From positions 49,611 through 69,610 of IMG/VR virus record IMGVR_UViG_2690315929_000005: a stretch of DNA of 20,000 nt. One strand, written 5' to 3'. Shown here in pieces: positions 8,188 through 16,833 of this stretch; the first letter of the stretch is position 1, and the number at the start of each line of letters is the position of its first letter. The translations under genes and the position numbers were made by a program. The notes below the pieces were generated by a model that saw only the letters and a list, made by a program, of their open reading frames with translations, made no database searches and was not told where the DNA came from. This stretch comes from an uncultured virus (IMG/VR IMGVR_UViG_2690315929_000005) (Duplodnaviria > Heunggongvirae > Uroviricota > Caudoviricetes).

Positions 8188-8700
8188 ATGAAAAAAATCA
8201 TGATAACGGCTCTATTGGCTTTATTTTTATCGGGATGTGATAACAACCCGCCAGCACCCTACGGGTTTAAGTGGGGGCAGACTGTGGCGGATATACAAAA
8301 ATTAAATATTGCTGGCGCTAGCGAGTGCAAAGACCCAGCTTGCTCTATTATGGTAACACCTAGCGGAGCACATGGATTAACAACATTAATTTTCTATAAA
8401 GATTCAGGATTGGCACAAGTGGTACACTCAGGGCCACTGAACGAAACCAACAAAGATGATGTAATGGCAAGGTTTAATCATATTAGTAATGAGTTGAAAT
8501 CAATTTATGGTAATCCAACCAGTGAAATAATACGTATTGATGATGAGAATAACTTTATTGACTGTTTAAAACAAATTAGCTGTAGAGATATCAAGGCAGA
8601 ATATAACAAAGATGGTTATCGGGCATTTATCTCAATAGGAACGAGAAAAAAAGACGGGAGATTATTCATTTTCACCGATCACCAAAGACCTCTAAAATAA
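8188..8700 (+). CDS. Lipoprotein of unknown function (170 aa)
   Basis: Signal peptide MKKIMITALLALFLSG-C with lipobox LSGC; AAGGA RBS; followed by a terminator. Confidence 0.85.
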   Translation: MKKIMITALLALFLSGCDNNPPAPYGFKWGQTVADIQKLNIAGASECKDPACSIMVTPSGAHGLTTLIFYKDSGLAQVVHSGPLNETNKDDVMARFNHISNELKSIYGNPTSEIIRIDDENNFIDCLKQISCRDIKAEYNKDGYRAFISIGTRKKDGRLFIFTDHQRPLK

Positions 8701-8711
8701 GCTATACAAAC

Positions 8712-8736
8712 AAGCCGACCTTGAGTCGGTTTTTTG
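8712..8736 (+). terminator. Rho-independent terminator
   Basis: AGCCGAC-CTTGA-GTCGGTT followed by a T run, just after the lipoprotein stop. Confidence 0.8.
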
Positions 8737-8871
8737 TTCTTATAGCCCCTATCATATTAATTTTTATAGAAATCTCCCTGTTTTATAGTCGTTTGTATTA
8801 ATCAATTATTGATTATTTTTTAATCCATTATATAATTGTATTGTATATAATTACAGGTTGGATAAATAAAC

Positions 8872-9045
8872 ATGAGTAAGCAAAAAAGAACCTTCAAGCC
8901 AGTGTCAATTGATAGTGAAATAATAGAACGCGTCAAAAAGTTTAAAGAAAAACAGGGTGAAAAAGATTTTTTCATTCAACGAGCACCTATTAGTCAATTA
9001 ATTCAAGGGTTACTAATTAATGCCTTACATAACGAGGGATTCTAA
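8872..9045 (+). CDS. Small putative DNA-binding protein, ribbon-helix-helix-like (57 aa, not in ORF track)
   Basis: MSKQKRTFKPVSIDSEIIERVKKFKEKQGEKDFFIQRAPISQLIQGLLINALHNEGF. Its stop overlaps the next ATG (TAATG). The strand-helix-helix pattern is an inference. Confidence 0.65.
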   Translation: MSKQKRTFKPVSIDSEIIERVKKFKEKQGEKDFFIQRAPISQLIQGLLINALHNEGF

Positions 9046-9386
9046 TGGAAAAATTACAACGGTTAGCAAGCACTATAGCCCAGATTTATGTTGATAATTT
9101 AAAAGCTGAAACAGGAGAAACATTAGTAACTTATAACGGTATCACAGGTAAAGTTACCCCTGAATTACTGGCCGCTGGATTGTTTGATAATGCGGTATTT
9201 GCGGTTAAAGCGGATGGAGAAGAGATTGACGTTGAAGGTAAGGCGTATGATTTACTATCCCCGTTAATTAACTTATCAACAAAGCCTTACTCCCTAACGG
9301 GACAGGCATATAAATTGATTAATTTTCTCAATGTGCAGGCACTAAAAGCAGGAAGCACTTTATCAACCTTATCAGTTGTACATTAA
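9045..9386 (+). CDS. Hypothetical protein preceding the tape-measure-like gene (113 aa)
   Basis: GAGGG RBS; coupled to the upstream ORF; no family recognised. Confidence 0.75.
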   Translation: MEKLQRLASTIAQIYVDNLKAETGETLVTYNGITGKVTPELLAAGLFDNAVFAVKADGEEIDVEGKAYDLLSPLINLSTKPYSLTGQAYKLINFLNVQALKAGSTLSTLSVVH

Positions 9387-9402
9387 TCACAGGGAGAAAA
9401 TT

Positions 9403-12400
9403 ATGTATCATGGCGAAGGTTACACAGTATATGTAGATGCCGATACGGCCGGCCTTCTTGAGGCTAACCGTGAAATCGAAAAAGCAAGAAGAAAAATAAA
9501 TGATTTAGGCAACGAAGCAAACACCACAAGCAAATCATTTACTCAATTCAATAAATCAGCAATCGCGGTTTCCAGTGCGTTAAAAATGCCTGAAATAAAC
9601 CGCTTATCACGTCAAATGAGTGAATTGGCGGGGCAAATTGGCGCTGCTTCAATGGCAACAGATAAGGCAACGACTGTTAACGCGCGTTTTACAGGTGTGA
9701 TTAGCAATGTGTCTGGGCTACTAGGGGCGGGATATGTTTCTAATATTGGTAGCGCTACTGTTTCGCTCTTGCAACATACTCAAGGGGCAATTAATGCCAC
9801 ACAAGCCGAGGTTTTACATACTCGCGCTATTCAAATGAAGGCTCAGGCATTGCAAGCTGCTGCCTCCCAAGAAGTGATTAACGCCAAAAATCTTAAAGCA
9901 TCAACACAAGCAGAGCTAAAAGCAGCTCAGGCAGCGTTAGAACACGTTTATTCATTAGAAGGCTCTAATGATATCAAGCAGCGTAATTTAGAGTCACTTA
10001 GGGCACGACAGGCAGCAGTGCTCAAGGATGCTGAAATAACTTATCAAATGACTGCGAGTGAAGAAAATTTGCAGCGAGTGACTAAAGCCAGTAATGCGCT
10101 ACATGCTACGGAAACTAAAATAAAAACGCATTTAGCTACAACCGGAAAAGAAATTGCGCTTGTTGAGGCTAGAGTCGCTAAAGCAAAAGAAGCAGAAACA
10201 CTAGCAACTCAAAAATTAAATGCGGCATTAGCATTAGAGCAAAAAGCGAAAGCCACACTAGCCACTACAACAGACGCGGTGACCGTAGCTAATGGTCGCG
10301 CAGCCCAAGCGGCTAGAAGTCAATCCATTGCTATGCAAGGATTGCGAGGTGTTGTGGGGTTATTAGGTGGCCCAACGGGTGTTTTTATGTTGGCTACTGC
10401 TGGCGTGTATGCGCTATATAACGCGATGAATGATGACACCGCAACGAAAGAGTTTAATGACAGAGTAGATCAGTGGATTGATAAAATTGACGAACTGTCA
10501 GCCAAACAGGCTCGCGCTGTGGCTAACCGCTTAGGCGAGAAGATAGCGGAAACAACCACACAACTAGAGGGACAGAAAAAAAGTCTTTCCAGTGTTAATT
10601 CAGATCTAAAAAGATATGAAAATAGACTTGCTGATATTAATAAAGAGATTCAAAGACAAAAAGAACAAGGTTTTGAAGTAGGTAAGTCTTACGTTCAGGA
10701 TGATATAGTAAAGGAAATCGAAAAACTCACCAAGAAACAGCAGCAGTATGAGCTGATTATTTCAGAAGGTGAGCAGAATATTCGTCGCTGGACGGTATCA
10801 CAAGGTAAAGCCGCTAATATTGCAAAAGAGAGAGCAAAACAAACAGACGAACTCAGCAGAGCGGAATTAATTTATCAACGCCAAGCTAAAGGGATAGTTG
10901 ATGCTAACCAACAATTAGCTAGATCACTAGAGCTAGGCAGTGACGCAGCCGTTAAGAAAGAACAAGCCATCAAAGAGTTAGAAAAGGCTTTAATTGCTGA
11001 TGGTTTTGTTAAAGACTCCGAGTTATTTAAACAAAAAATACAAGAGTTAACGGATGAGCTTGATAAGAAGGCAAGTTTAAACCTTGCTAACTCTCTTGCT
11101 GAGATAGAGCAACGAACACAAGCCCTCACTATTGGCATGAAAGACGGTAAGCCTGCACTGGATGAATACAATGCCTCGTTACTGCTTATGCAAATGGGGA
11201 TAAAAAAAGGTTCGGCTACCTACAATACCGAACTCCCGAAAGCGATAGAGGCAATACGCAATTTACGTGAAGCTCAAGAAGCCGCACTAAATAGCAAATC
11301 AAATGCTAACAAGTCGTTGAAAGCGATTAATAAGGCAAATGATGCCATTAAAAAACAACAGCAACAGACTGAGACGTTAAGAAAAGAATTTGAATTATTG
11401 AGTTCTGGCGCAGCTAACGTAAATAGAGAGATGGCTATTTTTAACGCTGTTCAAAGTCTGGGTGCTGATGCGACAGACAAGCAAAAGAAAGCTATTGCTA
11501 AAGAAGTCGCCGAAGTTTTTGACCTCAAACAAAAAGTCGATGACTTTATTAAGTCGCAAGAAATTACTCCAGAGTTAAAACTTGCAAGAGCATTTAGACA
11601 AGAATCTGAAGAGCTTAAACGCATGTTTGATAATGATTTCATTGATGAAGAAACGTTTAAGGCGTTAGGCAATAAAGCAATGAAGGCATTTGATGCTGGA
11701 ATGGCTGAAATAAAAATAAACGCGGTTATTGACCCAATAACTGAAGCCAAAGGGCAATACGACCCGATACAAGCACTGGCTAACGAACACGCTAAGAAAC
11801 TTGAGATGATCCGCCAATTCGAAACAGAAAAAGGCGCTATTACTCAGCGTGGCTTAGAGTTAATGAATGCCGCTAATACTCAATATGAGCAAGACCGGTT
11901 AAATGCTCAATGGGAGATATGGCGCAATCAAAGCCAAGCCAATCAATTCTTAGCTGATGGGTTGGACGCATTAGGACAGCGCTCTACTAACGTACTCACA
12001 GGGCTATTAACTCAAACACAATCCATTAACGATGCTTTCCGTAATGTCGCCTTAACCATCGTAGACCAAGCCGTTGGCGCTCTGGTCCAAATGGGTATGC
12101 AACAAGTTAAGAATATGATTATGGGTGAAAGTATGGCGACAGCCGCTCAAGCATCTGCATTGGCTCAGGCTGCGGCAGCACAAGCGGCATGGGCACCAGC
12201 GGCATTAAGCGCATCAATAGCCACATTAGGCGCAGCAGTAGCAACGGGAACATCATCATATACGGCGGCTATGGCAGCTAGTAAAACGATGGGGTTGGTT
12301 GCTGGTGCTCGTAAAAATGGTGGACCCGTAAATGCTGGCTCTATGTATCGAGTGGGTGAAGGTGGTAAGCCTGAGATATTCAAAGCATCTAACGGTAGTC

Positions 12401-12633
12401 AGTACATGATACCGGGTGATAATGGTCGAGTTATTAGCAATCGACAAATGGGTAAAGGTGGTAATGGTGTCAGCATGGGTGATATGAACTTTACATTCCA
12501 AGTTCAAGCACCTAATGGCATTACTCAAAAGGAGGCGCAACAAATACAGCAAATGGTGAGAGGTACGGTTTATGACGTACTTGGTAACGAAATGCGTAGC
12601 GGTGGTGCTTTGGAAAAAGTAAGAAGTTGGTAA
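9403..12633 (+). CDS. Siphophage tail tape-measure-like protein (~1076 aa)
   Basis: N-terminal YTVYVDADTAGLL, long Ala/Gln/Lys-rich coiled coil, hydrophobic GLLGGPTGVFMLATAGVYALY, AAWAPAALSASIATLG, and C-terminal GARKNGGPVNAGSMYRVGEGGKPEIF...MIPGDNGRVISN typical of lambdoid TMPs. Start at ATG 9403 after AGGGAG. Confidence 0.85.
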   Translation: MYHGEGYTVYVDADTAGLLEANREIEKARRKINDLGNEANTTSKSFTQFNKSAIAVSSALKMPEINRLSRQMSELAGQIGAASMATDKATTVNARFTGVISNVSGLLGAGYVSNIGSATVSLLQHTQGAINATQAEVLHTRAIQMKAQALQAAASQEVINAKNLKASTQAELKAAQAALEHVYSLEGSNDIKQRNLESLRARQAAVLKDAEITYQMTASEENLQRVTKASNALHATETKIKTHLATTGKEIALVEARVAKAKEAETLATQKLNAALALEQKAKATLATTTDAVTVANGRAAQAARSQSIAMQGLRGVVGLLGGPTGVFMLATAGVYALYNAMNDDTATKEFNDRVDQWIDKIDELSAKQARAVANRLGEKIAETTTQLEGQKKSLSSVNSDLKRYENRLADINKEIQRQKEQGFEVGKSYVQDDIVKEIEKLTKKQQQYELIISEGEQNIRRWTVSQGKAANIAKERAKQTDELSRAELIYQRQAKGIVDANQQLARSLELGSDAAVKKEQAIKELEKALIADGFVKDSELFKQKIQELTDELDKKASLNLANSLAEIEQRTQALTIGMKDGKPALDEYNASLLLMQMGIKKGSATYNTELPKAIEAIRNLREAQEAALNSKSNANKSLKAINKANDAIKKQQQQTETLRKEFELLSSGAANVNREMAIFNAVQSLGADATDKQKKAIAKEVAEVFDLKQKVDDFIKSQEITPELKLARAFRQESEELKRMFDNDFIDEETFKALGNKAMKAFDAGMAEIKINAVIDPITEAKGQYDPIQALANEHAKKLEMIRQFETEKGAITQRGLELMNAANTQYEQDRLNAQWEIWRNQSQANQFLADGLDALGQRSTNVLTGLLTQTQSINDAFRNVALTIVDQAVGALVQMGMQQVKNMIMGESMATAAQASALAQAAAAQAAWAPAALSASIATLGAAVATGTSSYTAAMAASKTMGLVAGARKNGGPVNAGSMYRVGEGGKPEIFKASNGSQYMIPGDNGRVISNRQMGKGGNGVSMGDMNFTFQVQAPNGITQKEAQQIQQMVRGTVYDVLGNEMRSGGALEKVRSW

Positions 12634-12699
12634 TTAAAAGCGTGGATAAAAACCATAATAGGGCAGATTTCTGCCCTTTATAGTATTGAAGGGTACATA

Positions 12700-13068
12700 A
12701 TGATAAAGATAAAAGTATCTAAAAGGAAAGGTCGCAATCAATCATTTCTACAATATTGCCAGCATGTAGATCAACGAGTATCACGGGCTATGCAACGGTT
12801 TCTTTTCGATGCTGGAGCACAATCCGCAATTTATACGCCTATCGATACATCAACATTGATTAATAGTCAGTTTAGGGATGTTACTGTTAATGGTACAAAA
12901 ATAACGGGACGTATTGGTTACTCCGCCAGCTATGCCGTTTATGTGCATGATCCGAAAGTTAAGCAGAAATTTAAACGACCAACAGCTAAAAAAGAGTTCT
13001 TGAAAAAAGCGGTCGAGGAAACGCTACCTAATTTAACTAAGTATATTCATGAAGAATTGAAGAGTTAG
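12700..13068 (+). CDS. HK97 gp10-like tail completion / neck protein (122 aa)
   Basis: SAIYTPIDTSTLINSQFR...GRIGYSASYAVYVHD...AKKEFLKKA matches the TPvDTGtL...YAxYVh...FL pattern of the HK97 gp10 family. Confidence 0.8.
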   Translation: MIKIKVSKRKGRNQSFLQYCQHVDQRVSRAMQRFLFDAGAQSAIYTPIDTSTLINSQFRDVTVNGTKITGRIGYSASYAVYVHDPKVKQKFKRPTAKKEFLKKAVEETLPNLTKYIHEELKS

Positions 13069-13432
13069 CCTTCATACTTTCGTGAACAGTACGCGCGTGG
13101 AAGGAAATATGCAAAAAACAACCAAAAAGAAACCAACCATTATTTTTATGATGTACCGACAATGCGCCTAATTGTGACGTGTGAACAATCCATCAACATT
13201 CACATAAGAGCCGATAGAGTAACAGGGGCAATCATGAGGAGTTTGTGAGGCAAGCAATCATTGAGAAGCTAAAAAAAAGCAACAGCACAAATAGCTAAAT
13301 CGCTATATGTATGTGTCAATAACTTGGTTATAGCTATATATATTGTGTTTACGTTAAAAAAATAGACAGGTAATTACAAGCTCATAATGATTAGCCCCTA
13401 GACAAGATAAATATATTCAGTATTATTTATCC

Positions 13433-13505
13433 CAACAGTGCCCCTCATAACCTCTACGTAGAACGGAGAAATCTGGTTTGCGATACGTTTGGGGCTTTCT
13501 TTTAT
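13433..13505 (+). ncRNA. Candidate structured RNA upstream of the abi gene (abiF-RNA-like antitoxin or attenuator)
   Basis: GCCCC (13440-13444) pairs with GGGGC (13491-13495), followed by TTTCTTTT; internal palindrome TCTACGTAGA; possible promoter TAGACA-16-TATTAT at 13399-13426. Confidence 0.55.
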
Positions 13506-13533
13506 CTACTATCTGATAATTTTCCATGCTGCT

Positions 13534-14529
13534 ATGCACCCTCTAAAACCTCATCTAACGTATTTTGACCAAATAAAAAAGCTAGAAAAACGAGGAATGA
13601 GTTTTGAGGATCTACCTCCTGAGCAGGCGGTAAAGAAAATAATGAATATTGGATATTACAGGCTATCTGGGTATTGGTATCCATTCCGTAAGTTAAAGTT
13701 AATCCCACCAGTAGCACCCGATGAAGCCAGACGTGAAGAAACATTCCTTGAGGGTACAACCTTTACAACGGTATACGCACACTATTTATTTGATGTAAAA
13801 CTAAGAAGTTCTATTTTTTATGGAATAGAACGAATTGAAACTTATCTTAAAGCAAAAATAGCTTACGAACTAGGTAAAGTATCCCCTACGGCATACAAAG
13901 ATAAGAATATCATCCAATACAGACATCACTACCGACATGATACATGGCTAGAAAAGTTAGATTCTTTAATAGAGCGAAATAGTGATAAAGATTGTATACG
14001 ATGGAATTTAGATAAGTATGGGGATATTCCTATATGGGCTATCGTTGATATTTGGGATTTCGGTACAATGTCTCGCTTCTACGGAATGCTTGAAGATAAA
14101 TACAAACATCAAATTTGTAAATCGCTTGGCTTTCTAAAGCCTAACTCAGCAAATGTAAGAGATGGACTGAAAACAGCATTAGAGCACCTTAATACAGTTA
14201 GAAACAGGTGTGCCCACCATGCGCGTTTATGGAATACCGATTTTTCAGACTCAAAAATTAGCATCGATGTGTTAGATAATATTGATTTAACAGCCTCGCG
14301 CTTGTCTCCAAAAAGCCCTGAACTATCAAGAATGGCAGGTATCATATTTTTAATATGGAGTCTGACCAAGAGAATAAGTTGTAATTCTACATGGCTAAGT
14401 TCAGTAAATGATCATTTAGAAAAACATCAGGGCGTTATTCCGTTTAATTCAATGGGATTCGATAATAACAATATCTCAGGATTAAAAAATCTATTGGATA
14501 AGGAAAAAGAACAATCAGCCCAATCATAA
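13534..14529 (+). CDS. Abi family protein (Abi_2; AbiD/AbiF-like HEPN RNase, 331 aa)
   Basis: KPHLTYFDQIKKLEKRGM...IGYYRLSGYWYPF...YLFDVKLR...IERIE...IPIWAIVDIWDFGTMSRFY and HEPN motif RNRCAHH. Start placed at ATG 13534 rather than TTG 13489. Confidence 0.9.
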   Translation: MHPLKPHLTYFDQIKKLEKRGMSFEDLPPEQAVKKIMNIGYYRLSGYWYPFRKLKLIPPVAPDEARREETFLEGTTFTTVYAHYLFDVKLRSSIFYGIERIETYLKAKIAYELGKVSPTAYKDKNIIQYRHHYRHDTWLEKLDSLIERNSDKDCIRWNLDKYGDIPIWAIVDIWDFGTMSRFYGMLEDKYKHQICKSLGFLKPNSANVRDGLKTALEHLNTVRNRCAHHARLWNTDFSDSKISIDVLDNIDLTASRLSPKSPELSRMAGIIFLIWSLTKRISCNSTWLSSVNDHLEKHQGVIPFNSMGFDNNNISGLKNLLDKEKEQSAQS

Positions 14530-14623
14530 GCCAACCCAAATCAAATAAACTTTAATGATTTTCAGGCGCGCTAGCAATAAGTTTTCGGACACGTTAGAAA
14601 GGTTGTAAATAGAGGCTGATAGC

Positions 14624-14728
14624 GACAAATATAGACATTAAATCCTAACAAATCCTAACGTTTTTCTAATACCTAGATCCTAAGTTTTCTTAAGGTAAAT
14701 TGCGCATTCAATGCTAAGATTTGCTAAG
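14624..14728. repeat. Cluster of short ~10-bp-period direct repeat pairs
   Basis: GACAAATATA-GACATT; AAATCCTAAC x2 (14640-14659); TGCTAAG x2 (14712, 14722); CCTAAG-TTTT-CTTAAG. Confidence 0.6.
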
Positions 14729-14822
14729 GTTTTACTATCCACTTAGTATTATGATTAGATAGCTGATAACTTCAGTATATGTTGGGAGTAGCTGTAATGA
14801 TAAAACTAATTTGAGAATAGAA

Positions 14823-15482
14823 ATGCTAATAAATAAATTAAAAAATAAAAATGAGTCACCAGAAGACATTATAGAGAATTTGATATATGCCTATCAAAAC
14901 TCAAGAGAAACATATGTTGAAAACAAGAGAGTGTTTCGTGGGCGTAGTCATTCTGTCTCGGGTATTTTTGAAGATCTATTTGCTGATTATTTATCAAAAA
15001 ATTTACCTGATAGTAATCAATATTTCGTAGACCAGCAGTTGTTTTCATCAGCAGCAAATATACGATTTTTCCCAGATATATTAATTATGAATGATAAAAT
15101 AAATCGCGATATCATAGACTTAAAGCTTGATTTTGGATGGTCTAGAAATGATGTTTTTTCATTTTGTGATACGTGGAATAAAAAAATAGATAAGTTAAAA
15201 GGAACGAGTTTCACTTTCAATGATGGGATAACTAAAGAAAAAAAGAATGGTTTTTTTTCTGATAATTTAAAATATCATGTAGTAGTTTCGACAAAATTAA
15301 ATAATGGAAGTAATTTTATTGAAATAAAAGATAAAGTGACAAAAAATTTGGAGCATGTTGAGTTATATATACTCACTGACAAGGTACATCCGAATGATTA
15401 CAATAGCACTGCCGAAGAACGGGTAAAAAATATACATATATGCATGAGTGAATTTTCAAGGTTAATGAATAATTTATCATAA
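14823..15482 (+). CDS. Putative PD-(D/E)xK nuclease-fold protein (AT-rich cargo)
   Basis: SGIFEDLFADYL...FFPDILI...IIDLKLD gives E...PD...DxK spacing. Very low GC. Start is ATG 14823 or TTG 14811. Confidence 0.6.
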   Translation: MLINKLKNKNESPEDIIENLIYAYQNSRETYVENKRVFRGRSHSVSGIFEDLFADYLSKNLPDSNQYFVDQQLFSSAANIRFFPDILIMNDKINRDIIDLKLDFGWSRNDVFSFCDTWNKKIDKLKGTSFTFNDGITKEKKNGFFSDNLKYHVVVSTKLNNGSNFIEIKDKVTKNLEHVELYILTDKVHPNDYNSTAEERVKNIHICMSEFSRLMNNLS

Positions 15483-15594
15483 TAATATAATTCTTTTAGT
15501 TCTTAACGGACAAAAATATAGTTTAAATTGTCCGTTATTATAGATAGCAAAATTCGGTGATAACAAATTTTATACGTTAAAATCAATAGTTGCT

Positions 15595-16023
15595 TTAGTC
15601 CTGCAAATAATTCAATTTATTTACTATATTCTTGTGACGCCTCCATGCAGAATAGATATCTTTATCCCACGCTTTACCTGCCTTAGTTTGATAGCCTGCC
15701 TCATTAATCCGTTTAGCAATAATGCGCCCATTGGCTACACCCTCAGACAGTACAGAATTAACCACAGAAATGACAGCAGACTCATTATAGGTATAAGGTG
15801 GGATATCTGCCTTGCCAGCAATTAAAGATGCGAAAGACGATTCTAGGCGTTCCACCAGCGACAGTATGCGAGCGTCAGGATTACTGTCTGGGCGGTTTAG
15901 CTTCTCCTTGATAGCAGAGACTATCCATGCTGTTTTATCGCTACCAGAGTTCGATGCAGCATCATTAAACAGGGTTTGTAGTTCAGCAGGGAGACGAAAG
16001 GCAATAAGATTAGATTTACTTAT
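15595..16023 (-). pseudogene. RHH plus C-terminal DNA-binding protein (142 aa) with ATA in place of the start codon
   Basis: The frame extends upstream of 15855 as (ATA)SKSNLIAFRLPAELQTLFNDAASNSGSDKTAWIVSAIKEKL, an RHH pattern, with GGA upstream and an in-frame TAA four codons before. C-terminal IIAKRINEAGYQTKAGKAW resembles the recombinase-type DNA-binding motif. Confidence 0.65.
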
Positions 16024-16119
16024 GATAATAGTCCGTTATTAACTCAGTGAGCGCTTATTATATCAGCGTATAACACTGTTATACAGATTAGAAAATATAT
16101 CATTGCTAGTGGATTTAAT

Positions 16120-16800
16120 GAATAAGTCCATAACTTAAAGTTAGAGTAACCTACTGTAAAACAAGCAAAGCGTATTCTTGCGCCTTGTAACGGATTGAAT
16201 ACATAGCAAAGCTCAAAAATGAGTGCTGTACTGTGGTGATTATCGCCATAGTCGGAAAGGGTAACAGTTGAAATGCTACCCTTGGTATCAAAACCACAAA
16301 TTAGTGATTTTAGCTAAAGTAGCTAAATATTAGCCAATACAGCTAACCACATAAACATAGTGGTACTATGATGATCCGTTGACTTTCAAACGTGAGGTAT
16401 CCACTAAGGTATCCACCGAAAAGGCTATATTTTACTGGATACTTTACCCACTAAATGTTGACAATTGTTAACATCAGAACCAGACAAAACCTGACATCAT
16501 TTACTTATTTTAGGTACGCAATAAATACGTATTTAATTCTCGCAATTCACTATAATTAAATAAAATCATGGTATTACATAAAGGTATGCAGAATAGTGCG
16601 CATTGAAATGATATTATTCGCATCGGTAACTATTTGATTATCCCGAGGCCGTCACTTTGGGGCGTACTGAAATAGCGTATTTCAATCTGCTAACGTGGTT
16701 GCCATTTTGATGGTTGCCACTTTGGTTGCCAGCAAAACGGCATATTTTACGCTAGTGGATTGATAACCTTTGATTGTTCCAATTCAGCACAATCAAGGTA
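16120..16800. repeat. Non-coding array of heterogeneous short palindromes and direct-repeat pairs
   Basis: Examples: ACTGTGGTGAT-T-ATCGCCATAGT (16230-16252); AAGGGTAACA-7-TGCTACCCTT (16257-16283); AAAACCAC-6-GTGATTTT (16290-16311); AGGTATCCAC x2 (16395, 16407); ATGTTGACAATTGTTAACAT (16455-16474); TGGTTGCCA x3 (16696, 16711, 16723); TTGATTGT-11-ACAATCAA (16770-16796). Confidence 0.75.
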
Positions 16801-16833
16801 TGGCGGAAATAACCACTCCTTTGAGGTATAGCC

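Noticed and set aside
10875..12552. Antisense ORFs within the TMP gene
   Set aside because: Expected shadows of an Ala-rich coding sequence.
13109..13297. Possible degraded RHH gene (MQKTTKKKPTIIF... and ...EEFVRQAIIEKLKK)
   Set aside because: Multiple stops and frame changes; too fragmentary to call.
15634..16042. Plus-strand 63-aa and 76-aa ORFs
   Set aside because: They are antisense to the better-supported minus-strand RHH gene.
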